Shown: positions 54,082-63,971, counted from the stretch's first letter. The stretch is 64,000 nt of DNA from Candidatus Bathyarchaeota archaeon (GCA_963815095.1 CAWFFH010000005.1:1-64000), one strand, 5' to 3'. Numbers and translations are program-made. The notes: generated by a model not told the origin, from the letters alone.

Positions 54082-54324
54082 TTTTTGGGCGGTTTCTAGT
54101 AGCATTTCGTCTTTTGTTTTTATGGCGGGTTTTGTGGTTGTGTTGGCTGCTGGTTTTGTTGGTGTGTCTGAGTTTGCTGCGTCGTTGAATTCTTTGGATG
54201 CTTTGCTGAATTCGCCTTTTGCTTGTCCTAGGGCTCGGGCAAACTGGGGGATTTTTGCTGGACCCCACATTATGATGACGATGGCGACAACGCCGATAAT
54301 AATCCATTCCCAACCTTCAAGCAT
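54058..54324 (-). pseudogene. tatA: Second tatA copy lacking its C-terminus (repeat copy B, 54068..54324)
   Basis: Identical to tatA from ATG to LGIAT, then runs into chaperonin antisense sequence. Has its own GGAG upstream. Confidence 0.8.
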
Positions 54325-54550
54325 AGTTTAAAAATCTCCAAGTATTTCTAAGACTAACTATAGGCTGTTTATTTTCTTAAATAGATTTGTTGGTGTACCG
54401 AGGCAATCACAACCGCTTGCTTGTGTGTTGGTTCGATTTTTGGGTGTTTAGATTTTGCAGGGCCAAGATAGTAGATAAATACGCGATTGCTTTAATCTGT
54501 GAAACAACAAACTTCCAATTATTAAACGTCGTTTTAAGTTGGTGACATGG

Positions 54551-55765
54551 ATGAAATATGTACTAATCATCGGGGACGGAATGGCAGATTACCCAATTCC
54601 AGAATTAGGAAACAAAACCCCTCTCCAAGCAGCCCACAAACCAAACATGGACTCCATAACGGCCAGAGGCAGGAGTGGCTTAATAAAAAACGTTCCTGAC
54701 GAATTAACGCCAGGCTCAGAAGTAGCCATATGCTCCATTCTAGGTTACGACCCAAAAGTTTACTGCACAGGTAGAGGACCCTTGGAAGCGCCATCAAGAG
54801 GGATAGAACTGGGCGAAAACGATGCAGCCTACAGATGCAATTTGATAACAGAAAAAGACGGCGTCATAGCTGATTACTCGGCGGGACACATAACCACACC
54901 AGAAGCAGCCCAACTTATCGAGGCATTGAAAGCGGCTTTTGATAAACCCAACCAAATTGAATTCTACAGCGGCTTAGACTACAGACACTTTTTGATCCTA
55001 CGCAACTTTTCCAACCCCGAACAAATCCAATGCACTCCTCCACACGACGCTATAGGCATAAAAGTTTCAAATGTTTTGCCAAAAGCAAAATCAGCCAAAG
55101 CAGAAAAACAAACCCAACTCCTAAGAAACCTCATTGAAGGCTCCAGAGACATACTGCGCAATCACCCAGTCAACATTGCACGTGAAAAGGCAGGGAAAAA
55201 ACCAGGCAATTTGATTTGGCTTTGGGGCGGCGGCAAAAAACCTTCCATGCCCAAACTAAAGGAAAAATATGGGGTAACGGGAGCGGTTATTTCAGCAGTT
55301 GATCTAGTGAAGGGAATCGGTACTTACGCAGGAATGGAAATCATAAATGTTCCCGGCGCAACAGGTTTAGCTAATACGAATTATGAAGGCAAAGCGGACG
55401 CGGCTCTAAATGCACTTGAAACCAACGACCTTGTTTGTGTGCATGTTGAAGCCCCTGATGAAGCCGGTCATTGCAGGGATTATGAGTTAAAAGTTAAAAC
55501 TATTGAGGACTTAGACAAAAAACTCCTAGGCAGACTCCTCAAAGGCCTAAAGGAACCATACGCGATAGCGATCTTGCCTGACCATCCTACGCCCATAAGC
55601 ATCGGCACGCACTCAAGAGACCTTGTGCCATTCACAATTGCCTCAGCCAACATAAAGCCAGACGGCGTTAAGACCTTCGATGAATTTTCTGCAAGAAAAG
55701 GAGCGTTTGGTTGTGTTGAGAATGATTATTTGATTTCGCTTCTTATTTCTTCAGACAAAACCTAA
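54551..55765 (+). CDS. apgM: Cofactor-independent phosphoglycerate mutase, archaeal type
   Basis: IGDGMAD, KTPL, PGSEVA, HVEAPDEAGH and PDHPTP motifs. Confidence 0.92.
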   Translation: MKYVLIIGDGMADYPIPELGNKTPLQAAHKPNMDSITARGRSGLIKNVPDELTPGSEVAICSILGYDPKVYCTGRGPLEAPSRGIELGENDAAYRCNLITEKDGVIADYSAGHITTPEAAQLIEALKAAFDKPNQIEFYSGLDYRHFLILRNFSNPEQIQCTPPHDAIGIKVSNVLPKAKSAKAEKQTQLLRNLIEGSRDILRNHPVNIAREKAGKKPGNLIWLWGGGKKPSMPKLKEKYGVTGAVISAVDLVKGIGTYAGMEIINVPGATGLANTNYEGKADAALNALETNDLVCVHVEAPDEAGHCRDYELKVKTIEDLDKKLLGRLLKGLKEPYAIAILPDHPTPISIGTHSRDLVPFTIASANIKPDGVKTFDEFSARKGAFGCVENDYLISLLISSDKT

Positions 55766-56067
55766 GTTGGTAAGCAGTCTTGCTTTGAGTCGATGGCTTT
55801 TATGCGTTTGTTAATGACGGTTTTTATTTCCGGGTCATCCTCGCTGTGCGATGCGTCAACTAAGAGTTTTTTTGCTAAGCAGAGACTTTTTTCTCCGAAG
55901 AGTTTGGCGAATTTACTGGAGCGTTTTTCCAGTATGCGAAAATAGCGGGGGAGAACGCAGACGAAGTTTAAGGGGTAGCGTTTGCTTTTGTCGAGGTCGA
56001 CTACAACTAGTTGGACGCGGTCGGATTGTTGGCTTGCGTTTTTGATTGCGTAGAGTTTTAAGTTCAT
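55762..56067 (-). CDS. Hypothetical protein
   Basis: 101-aa ORF preceded by GGTGAGG RBS. Confidence 0.7.
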   Translation of the reverse strand: MNLKLYAIKNASQQSDRVQLVVVDLDKSKRYPLNFVCVLPRYFRILEKRSSKFAKLFGEKSLCLAKKLLVDASHSEDDPEIKTVINKRIKAIDSKQDCLPT

Positions 56068-56264
56068 TTTCCCCTCACCTATAGCTAACTTGCTAAGTTA
56101 GTACTGATTACAAGTTCAACTTTCTGTCATATCTTACTTAAATTCTGGATCATATTAAACCTTCCCAAAAAATAGCCCATAGCAAAACAGAAAGAATCTA
56201 AAACAAAAAAATTAAGAAAGAATAAACTAATTTGGGGGAAAGAAAAGAGGTTGGATAGCTCTTC

Positions 56265-56489
56265 TTAGTATGGCTCTTTTTTGCCAGACATGTATGCCCA
56301 AGCGCCGACGATTGCAACGGTTAGGACTGCACCTGCAAATCCTGCAACCATGAAGCTTGTCAAACTAGCCAGCGATGGTAAAACTACAATCAGCCAAGGG
56401 ATAAGATATGTTGCTGTGACTTGTGCAATAACGCCTGCTACGAATCCTAAAAGAGCTATTAAACCGAATATTTTAAATCTGCTATTCAT
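56265..56489 (-). CDS. Small two-TM membrane protein divergent from the cdv locus
   Basis: Two hydrophobic helices and AGGTGA RBS. Confidence 0.75.
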   Translation of the reverse strand: MNSRFKIFGLIALLGFVAGVIAQVTATYLIPWLIVVLPSLASLTSFMVAGFAGAVLTVAIVGAWAYMSGKKEPY

Positions 56490-56715
56490 TCAATTCACCT
56501 TTTTATTTTAGCAGTTAGTTGGCGCACCTTTTTAGTCTAACTTACACGTTTCTGTATAATCCCTCAAGCTCCAACACCATGTTTAACGTTTCTAGTTAAA
56601 GGCTTAGCGCAATTTTGCCATCACGTATATCTGTACATATATACGAGCATATTGCCATCATATTAACAATCTATAAGATTATTTTCTGCATGTTAGGCTT
56701 GCAGAGGTAATCAAA

Positions 56716-57375
56716 TTGTCAGAAAGATTCGCTAAAAAGTGGGAAGCCAAACGGGAAGATGAACCATTAACAAACCGCATTAGAGATACAGTAAAACCAC
56801 CAGGACCACTAAAACCACGTCTCGACTTCGCAGTAAGAAGAATCGAACTCCAAGTACAAAAACTAGACCAAGCCACAGACAGATTTAGCCAAAGAGACAA
56901 AGCAATCTTCGCCAGAATAGTCGATGCATACACAAAACATGACAGTGCACGCGCAAACGTATTCGCTAACGAACTAGCTGAAGTCAGAAAAATGTCAAAG
57001 TTGATAATGAACGCTAAACTTGCTCTCGAGCAAATCACATTAAGATTACGAACAGTTTCCGAACTAGGTGACGTTGTTTCAACTCTCGGGCCAGCCGTGG
57101 GTGTTCTTCGTTCAGTCAAAGCGGGCTTAGTCAGTGTGTTCCCAGAAGCAGAAAGTGAACTAGGTGAAATCGGCAACATGCTAAGCGGAATCATGATTGA
57201 AGCAGGTCAAGGCAGCGGAATGACACTGAACTTCGACACAGTAAACGAAGATGCATCAAAGATTCTAACCGAAGCAGCTACAGTTGCAGAGCAGAAGATA
57301 AAAGACAAGTTCCCAGATCTACCCCCAGGAATGCCATCAACCCCAGCTTCTCAAGCAGAGAAGACAACCTTCTAA
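56716..57375 (+). CDS. ESCRT-III/Snf7-family protein (CdvB1/B2-like paralog without winged helix)
   Basis: Snf7 core ANELAEVRK...LEQITLRLRTV..LGD, KILTEAATVAE, C-terminal FPDLPP (MIM2-like) and GAGGT RBS. Confidence 0.9.
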   Translation: MSERFAKKWEAKREDEPLTNRIRDTVKPPGPLKPRLDFAVRRIELQVQKLDQATDRFSQRDKAIFARIVDAYTKHDSARANVFANELAEVRKMSKLIMNAKLALEQITLRLRTVSELGDVVSTLGPAVGVLRSVKAGLVSVFPEAESELGEIGNMLSGIMIEAGQGSGMTLNFDTVNEDASKILTEAATVAEQKIKDKFPDLPPGMPSTPASQAEKTTF

Positions 57376-57392
57376 GATAAGGAGAAAAAGAA

Positions 57393-58109
57393 ATGTCTTC
57401 CTCCAATCTTTTTCTTTGTATTGGTAAACCAATCAAGAATGAATATGGACGAGTAATTGGTAAAGTTGCCTCTTTTGCATTAACTCCAAATGGAAAATTT
57501 GACGCAGTATATGTAGAATTTGGCGATGGACAATTCACAAAACAGCCCATGGAGAGCCTAAAATTCAATGGTGCCGAAGTCACATACATATCTAAAATTA
57601 AAAACCAAGCCGGCACCCTCTGCGATCACATCCCCTTAATCTGGCGCAAAGATGAAGCCCTAAAAGACCTGGTGGACAAGAAAAAAATCACAAATGAAGT
57701 CTATCAAGACCTCCACAACAGCTTCTCAAGCGTATTGACCCAACTCAAAAAAGATGCCCAACTCATCGTCGACGAATCAGCCGTAGAAATCGACCGATGC
57801 CAAGATGAAATAACTTCTCTTAGCTATGCAATCGCAAACCTAGAAATTGAACATGAAATAGGAAAAGTCGACGACGAAAACTACCGCACGGCATTCGCTT
57901 TACTACAAGACACCCTCAGACGAGCAACCAGCGAAAAAACCGATTTCGAAATCACAAAAAGCAGAATCTCAAGCGTACTGCTAGGCGACCAATCTGCAAA
58001 TTCAATGAAAACCAACAAAGTCTACGCAGAACAAGTAAGCAACGCTTCGAAGCTTCCAGAGCCTCCAGTAGTTGTCTACGTTAAAGAAATAGGAAAAGCT
58101 GGCATTTAA
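57393..58109 (+). CDS. cdvA: Cell division protein CdvA
   Basis: PRC-barrel-like N-terminus (IGKPIKNEYGRVIGKV), coiled coil, and C-terminal PEPPVVVYVK peptide. Sits upstream of cdvB and cdvC. Confidence 0.85.
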   Translation: MSSSNLFLCIGKPIKNEYGRVIGKVASFALTPNGKFDAVYVEFGDGQFTKQPMESLKFNGAEVTYISKIKNQAGTLCDHIPLIWRKDEALKDLVDKKKITNEVYQDLHNSFSSVLTQLKKDAQLIVDESAVEIDRCQDEITSLSYAIANLEIEHEIGKVDDENYRTAFALLQDTLRRATSEKTDFEITKSRISSVLLGDQSANSMKTNKVYAEQVSNASKLPEPPVVVYVKEIGKAGI

Positions 58110-58137
58110 TCCGGATTAACACTTGAAAACGTTGGGT

Positions 58138-59042
58138 ATGGAGGGCTAAAAATAAAAAGCTTAACTAATCAATCCCCTCCTCCCATCCGTGAAGTTGCCA
58201 CAAAATCTATTTGTACCCTAAAAGTCCAGCAGAATAAGCTGGAGCAGGCGAGTTTTCGTTTAAAAGAGCGAGACCGCATTCTTTTTGAAACATGCATGTT
58301 TGCATTAAAAAAGAATAACAAAGAAAAAGCCGCAATGTGCGCCACTGAAATTGCGGAAGTCCGAAAACTCGTAAAGTTTCTCTATAACGTCCAATTAGCA
58401 ATTGAACGAGTCGTATTACGCCTTGAAACCATAAAAGAACTCGGCGACATCGTGGCCGACCTCAAACCGGCATTAAAATTGCTACAAGGCGTTTCTCAAG
58501 AGCTATTCCAGGTGTTACCTGATGTTAGCTCAGAACTAAGTAACGTTAATCAAACAATCCAAGACACCCTCCACGCCACAAAACTCACGGCAGATGAGGC
58601 TGTAATTCCAGTCGGTAAAAAGACAGAAGCCGGCGAAGAAATCCTAAAAGAAGTATCATGCTTCATGGAGCAAAAACTGGCCGAAACCCTCCCAGAGCCA
58701 CCTAAGGCGCCAGTAAAGGAAAAAATGCCCATAAGAGAACTTGTTGCGTTAACGGCAAGTTCCTCTGAGGTTTTTTCTCGTCAAACGGTAGAGGCGTCAG
58801 GGTTTGATCCAGAAAAAACTCTGTTAACTTACCGGAAGTCTGAGGTCAAAGAGTTCTCTCTTAAAGTTGACAAGCCCTGTTTGGAAGATGTACTAATGGA
58901 ATACGTCCGGAAGACTAACGGCGAAATTGATTTGGGTCGATGTTCCAGCGAGCTAAAGACATCCAATGAAGAGATTGAGCGTGCCCTCGAAACCTTGGGA
59001 ACTAAGGGCAAAATAAAAATTGAATTACGATCGCCAGAATAA
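58138..59042 (+). CDS. cdvB: ESCRT-III CdvB with C-terminal winged helix; start uncertain
   Basis: ATEIAEVRK...IERVVLRLETIKELGD, LPEPP, and C-terminal wH-like LMEYVRKTNGEIDL...LGTKGKIKI. Homology extends upstream of ATG 58296. Confidence 0.85.
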
Positions 59043-59064
59043 CAGAGAGAAGGAGAGAAAAAAA

Positions 59065-60249
59065 ATGAGCGCATCAAGTGAACTTGAAAAAGGAGCAACA
59101 GCTTACGCCCTAGATGCTGTAAGACTAGATAAGCAAGGGCAGAAAGGAAGAGCCATTACCCTCTATCAAAAAGCAATCGAAAGCCTACTGCAACTTGTGC
59201 AATTATATCCGGAGTACGGCTTAAACAAGGTGTACGTGCAGCGTGCGATTGCCTATCAGGAGCGGATTAAAGCGCTTCAGGGAACAGTTTCCTCTAACGA
59301 GATGAATGAGGCAGCTAACAATAATGGTGGCGGTGGAGGTGCAACCATGGAGGGAAATGGAAACGGCGCGAATGGAAAACCCAACGAAGAACTTGTAATG
59401 ACAGAAAAACCAAAAGTTAACTGGGGAGAAGTCATCGGCTTAGATACTGCCAAAAAAGCAGTCAAAGAAGCCATTGTATACCCTGTTCAACGCCCCGATC
59501 TATTCCCGCTTGGTTGGCCACGAGGCATTTTGCTATTCGGTCCTCCTGGTTGCGGCAAGACCCTGTTGGCGGCTGCAGTTGCCACAGAAATTGACGCCAA
59601 CTTCTATTCAATAGATGCAGCGTCAATTATGTCAAAATGGCTTGGGGAAGCTGAGCAGAATGTTGCAAAACTATTCGGAAGCGCCCGCAAATCAGCAACT
59701 GATGGAAAACCCGCGATTGTGTTCGTGGACGAGTTAGATTCACTTATGGGAAACCACAGCAACGAGGTTGGCGGAGAAATCCGAGTCAAAAACCAATTCC
59801 TCAAAGAAATGGACGGCATCGTGGATAAAGGAAAGGCACTTCACGTCTACGTGATTGGAGCAACAAACAAACCCTGGGATTTGGATTGGGCTTTCATTCG
59901 GCGTTTCCAGAAACGCATTTTGGTACCGCTTGCAGACCACGCAACACGCTTAAACATGCTCAAACTCTATTCAAGTAACCTACAAATCTCTGACGATGTT
60001 GATCTCGGAGAACTTGCAAGGTTGGCTGAAGGATTTTCAGGAAGCGATATTCGCGACGTTTGCCAATCTGCACAGCTGAGCTTAATAGGTGAGTTCTTTG
60101 AGTCTGGAAAAGCTATGGACAAAGAAGCTAAACCGCGATCACTGACAATGGCGGATTTCCGGCAGATCTTCGAAGAACGCAAGCCATCAGTGTCATTGGA
60201 TATGCTCTCACAGTACAACCGATGGTTCGAGGCATTCAAAGCGCTATAG
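59065..60249 (+). CDS. cdvC: Vps4-like AAA ATPase CdvC (MIT plus AAA)
   Basis: MIT domain AVRLDKQG...YQKAIE, Walker A GPPGCGKT, SKWLGEAE pore loop, VFVDELD and ATNKPWDLD..FIRRFQKR. Confidence 0.93.
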   Translation: MSASSELEKGATAYALDAVRLDKQGQKGRAITLYQKAIESLLQLVQLYPEYGLNKVYVQRAIAYQERIKALQGTVSSNEMNEAANNNGGGGGATMEGNGNGANGKPNEELVMTEKPKVNWGEVIGLDTAKKAVKEAIVYPVQRPDLFPLGWPRGILLFGPPGCGKTLLAAAVATEIDANFYSIDAASIMSKWLGEAEQNVAKLFGSARKSATDGKPAIVFVDELDSLMGNHSNEVGGEIRVKNQFLKEMDGIVDKGKALHVYVIGATNKPWDLDWAFIRRFQKRILVPLADHATRLNMLKLYSSNLQISDDVDLGELARLAEGFSGSDIRDVCQSAQLSLIGEFFESGKAMDKEAKPRSLTMADFRQIFEERKPSVSLDMLSQYNRWFEAFKAL

Positions 60250-60499
60250 GAGGCAAAAAAGAAACCGATTTGGCTGGGTAATGTGGAAAGGTTTGGAGAA
60301 CCATTAATTTTTTACTCTCTCTCCCTTCTCCCCTCAAACAAAATCTCCAGACCCCACAAAACCACCCAGACCAAAACGGCTTGTCTTTTCGCCCCTAAAG
60401 TGAGTTTTTTTTTACTCATAATGTTTAGGGTGATGTTTGGAGAGCGGACTCGTTAGGAGTACCCATGTTTTATTGATAGACGCTTCCAACCCGGAGGTG

Positions 60500-61318
60500 T
60501 TAAACTGGTATCCTTGACCCGTCAAACCCCAGTTTCGAAATTCCCAGTTCCTCTTGGACCTCGCGCAGTTGCGCAGCATTGAAAACGGGTCCATCCCTAC
60601 AAACACGATATTTGCCTATTACGCAGCTTCCACATAATCCAATACCGCAGCGCATTAGCCGCTCTAAGCTGGCTTCTAAGGGTAATTTTCGTTTCTCGGT
60701 CATTTCAAAGATTTTTTTAACCATTACTTCTGGTCCGCACACGTATATCATATCGAATTTTTCTTTGTCAAGTAGGCTCGATAGTGGCTGAGTTACTAAG
60801 CATTGTAGTCCTGCGGTGCCGTCTTCAGTGGTGGTTGTTAGGCTTTTTTCGTTGCATACGCTCTTGAGTTCTTGCACAAAGAGTAGTTCATCTTTGGTTT
60901 TGGCGCCTTCCACAAAGGAGAGCCTTTCCGTTTTAGCAGCTAACTGTTTTGCAAGGAAAAGTAAGGGTGCCGTGCCGGTTCCTCCGCCGACCAGCAGTAC
61001 TCTGCCGCGGCTTTCCGTGAAACAGTTGCCGAATGGACCACGCACCCCAACAGTTGCGCCCGTTTCTAACGAATGCAAATGTCGTGTGGCGTCTCCAACA
61101 GCTTTAACGGAAACTGAAACCAAATTGTCCCCAGCATCCAATATGCTTAGGGGAATCTCGTCTACGCCTGGAATCCAAAGTATCAAGAATTGTCCAGGTT
61201 TTGCTTTCGCACACAACTTATCGGTTAGAGTGAAGGTTTTCACGGTTGGGCTTTCAGTTCGGATTCGAACTATTTGGCTGGTTCGCATAGTATTATTTGC
61301 GGTGAGCGAGGCCGACAA
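60500..61318 (-). CDS. pyrK: Dihydroorotate dehydrogenase electron transfer subunit
   Basis: PGQF, RGPFGN, GGGTGTAP, CGP and MRCGIGLCGSC...VCRDGPVF motifs. Confidence 0.93.
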   Translation of the reverse strand: MSASLTANNTMRTSQIVRIRTESPTVKTFTLTDKLCAKAKPGQFLILWIPGVDEIPLSILDAGDNLVSVSVKAVGDATRHLHSLETGATVGVRGPFGNCFTESRGRVLLVGGGTGTAPLLFLAKQLAAKTERLSFVEGAKTKDELLFVQELKSVCNEKSLTTTTEDGTAGLQCLVTQPLSSLLDKEKFDMIYVCGPEVMVKKIFEMTEKRKLPLEASLERLMRCGIGLCGSCVIGKYRVCRDGPVFNAAQLREVQEELGISKLGFDGSRIPV

Positions 61319-62213
61319 TCTCTTTTACACTCCCATAATGTTTTTTTCGCAAATATGTTTCTACTCCTTTGGTTACTGATTGAAAAATCTCTGTGTTCTC
61401 TGCGACGGCGGTTCCGATTTGGACTGCAGATGCACCTGCCAAGAAAAACTCGACGGCATCCTGCCAATCTGTGACTCCGCCGCACCCAATAATGGGTACA
61501 TCACTTAACGCTTCATGAATATCATAAACGCAACGTAATGCCACTGGCTTTACGGCAGGACCAGATAACCCGCCTTTCACATTGCTAAGAATAGGCAACA
61601 TGGTTTCTGTATCAATCGCCATCGCCTTGAGCGTATTAACCGCAGTCAAGGCATCAGCGCCAGCTTCAACCGCTGCCCGAGCTAAAACAGTTATGTCTGC
61701 AACATTTGGAGACAACTTTACAATCAACGGTTTATTGATGCCTGACTTAACTTGCTGCACAACTTCAGAGAGAAGTTTTTGGCTCTGACCAATCTCAGCA
61801 CCTGTCTGCTTAACATGCGGACACGAAACATTCAACTCTACTGCATCAGCGCCTGCAGCAACCGCCTTCTTAGCCACAGCAGCGTAATCCTCAGCAGAAT
61901 AACCAAAAACACTCACGATGACAGGAACACGCAAAATCGTCTTAGAAAATTTGATTTCCTCGGAGTAAACGTCAATCCCCGGATTAGGCAGCCCCATCGC
62001 ATTGATAAGTCCACTTTCTGCTTGAACCACTGTCGGGTTTGAGTAGCCCGCTCGAGGTTCGGTGCCCACAGATTTAGTAACCACTGCTCCAGCGCCACCC
62101 TTTACAATTCGGCGGAAGGATTCGGCGGAATAACCCAAAATCCCTGAAGCCAAAATCGTTGGGTTCGCCAACGTCAAGCCGGCAAAGCTTATGCCTAATG
62201 GATTGCTTTCCAA
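61293..62213 (-). CDS. pyrD: Dihydroorotate dehydrogenase family 1B, catalytic subunit
   Basis: ASG, NAMGLPNPG, ELNVSCPH, VKLSPN and GGLSG motifs. Confidence 0.95.
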   Translation of the reverse strand: MESNPLGISFAGLTLANPTILASGILGYSAESFRRIVKGGAGAVVTKSVGTEPRAGYSNPTVVQAESGLINAMGLPNPGIDVYSEEIKFSKTILRVPVIVSVFGYSAEDYAAVAKKAVAAGADAVELNVSCPHVKQTGAEIGQSQKLLSEVVQQVKSGINKPLIVKLSPNVADITVLARAAVEAGADALTAVNTLKAMAIDTETMLPILSNVKGGLSGPAVKPVALRCVYDIHEALSDVPIIGCGGVTDWQDAVEFFLAGASAVQIGTAVAENTEIFQSVTKGVETYLRKKHYGSVKEIVGLAHRK

Positions 62214-62398
62214 ATAAATTCACCGTACAATCTAGGTTAATACTTTTAATAAGATAAAGCTTCTTTTTGCTGATTTCGCGGGTTTGTTTTTGGACCTAAT
62301 TTTAATCGTTTTTATGTTAATTTATGAAGCATTGAAGAAAATGACTGTATTTTGGGTGAAAAAAAGAAAATGAGGGTTTAGCCCAACTTTAAAGCGGT

Positions 62399-62449
62399 TT
62401 ATTTCTTCTTTTTAGCTTTTTTATCTTCTTTCTTTGGAGCTTTCGCCAC
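62399..62449 (-). CDS. Putative 16-aa Lys-rich micropeptide (MAKAPKKEDKKAKKKK)
   Basis: GTG start preceded by GAGGT RBS and a TTTTAAATA box at about 62487-62495. Confidence 0.5.
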   Translation of the reverse strand: MAKAPKKEDKKAKKKK

Positions 62450-62829
62450 GCTAATAACCTCAATGTTCTATTTGGCTTCAATTTGTATTTAAAATTTGCT
62501 TAAGGCTACATAGGCTGCCTTAACCAACAAATCGACGTAAAAATAGGCGATATAATCAAAATAAGCCTAAAACTGAGTAAATCATTGAGTCATTTTCAAT
62601 GGGGTTGTATGGCTGTACAGTTTTTACATTTTTATGTTAATACCTACGGCTCGATTTTAGATGGGTGGTTGTCGAGAAAAGTCTTTTATATCAGCGCGAT
62701 GTAAAAAATTACATAGGTTTGAAAAAATATTCAAACCAACAATAGAAAACTGGAACAGTTCAATAGCTAAACACGTGTTTCTTCCGACAAAAAGGTATCC
62801 AAGCCTTTCGGACAAAGAGGTAATGAATT

Positions 62830-63594
62830 GTGAAAGACGTCCAGAATGAAAAGCCTGAAAATGAAATTGAATTAAACAAAGTTGGAGTAGAAGGCTTAAG
62901 AAAATATGTGATAGTTAAAAACCCCACAAAAAGCTATCACACAATCGTCACCATAAATAGCTACATAAAATTGCCTTCCGACCGCCGTGGAGTCCACATG
63001 AGCAGGTTTGCGGAATCCATCGACGAAATTCCAGAAGAAACAAGATCAATTGAAGATTTAGCCGAAAAAATCTCTGAAACATCACTTGCAAAACACCGCC
63101 TTGACTGTTGCACCAAAGTGTTCTGTGAATTTCCATTTGAGCGAATCCGACCAAATGGCGAAAAAGAGAATGGTATAGGTAAAATGTTTGCCAAATACTC
63201 AACTCATAGCAAAAGAAAAACCCTCGGAGTCTCCATTAACGGCGCCCTGGCTTGCCCTTGTTCAAAAGAAATGTGCAGCGGCTTAACACATAACCAAAGA
63301 GGAAACCTTAGCGTTGAGATAGATGTTTCGAAGGGCAATGTCGAATTATCCGACATAACTAATGTTTGCAGCGAAAGTTTTAGTTCTCCAACATTTTCAA
63401 TTTTGAAAAGACCTGAAGAAAAGAAGCTAGTCGAGCAGATGCACCAGAATGCAAGGTTTGTTGAAGATGTTGTGAGAAAATGCGTTAGTTCTCTTAGAGA
63501 AAAGTATCCAAACAGGTACTGTGCCGTAAAATGCGTCAGTTTTGAATCCATCCACGATCATAATGCCTACTCTGAATGGCGAGGAACCCTGTAG
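62830..63594 (+). CDS. mptA: GTP cyclohydrolase FolE2/MptA family
   Basis: MKDVQ, RGVHMSRF, CPCS, HNQR, LKRPEE, FVEDVVR and ESIHDH motifs. Confidence 0.9.
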   Translation: MKDVQNEKPENEIELNKVGVEGLRKYVIVKNPTKSYHTIVTINSYIKLPSDRRGVHMSRFAESIDEIPEETRSIEDLAEKISETSLAKHRLDCCTKVFCEFPFERIRPNGEKENGIGKMFAKYSTHSKRKTLGVSINGALACPCSKEMCSGLTHNQRGNLSVEIDVSKGNVELSDITNVCSESFSSPTFSILKRPEEKKLVEQMHQNARFVEDVVRKCVSSLREKYPNRYCAVKCVSFESIHDHNAYSEWRGTL

Positions 63595-63608
63595 ACGGTA
63601 ATGCTAAA

Positions 63609-63971
63609 ATGTATCGATTAAGAATCGAATCTGAATTCGACGCTGCACATAAAATAGAAGGTTATGAAGGGAAATGTGCCCGCCTACATGGCCACACTTA
63701 TAAAGTTGAGGTCTTCGTGGTTGTCAAAGAGGTTGGTCCGATTGGAATTTCTTTCGACCTCAGGTTGCTAAAGGAAAAGCTGTTTAAGATAACTGAAAGG
63801 CTGGATCATAGTTACCTCAATGAACTAAAAGAACTGGGTAATCCCTCTGTGGAGAACATTTCTAAATATATTTTCCAAAACATGAAGGGCGATTTACCTA
63901 ATGGCGTCACATTGGAGAGGGCAAGAGTTTGGGAGACCCCAAAGAGCTGGTGCGAATACTTTGAAGGATAA
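63609..63971 (+). CDS. queD: 6-carboxy-5,6,7,8-tetrahydropterin synthase (QueD/PTPS)
   Basis: FDAAH, CARLHGHTY, LDHSYLN, PSVEN and VWETP motifs. Confidence 0.92.
   Translation: MYRLRIESEFDAAHKIEGYEGKCARLHGHTYKVEVFVVVKEVGPIGISFDLRLLKEKLFKITERLDHSYLNELKELGNPSVENISKYIFQNMKGDLPNGVTLERARVWETPKSWCEYFEG

Noticed and set aside
52275-54331. Identical alternative-frame ORFs (MGMDYYRRC..., ...VAIPSFWAV...)
   Set aside because: Shadow frames of the duplicated tatA sequence.
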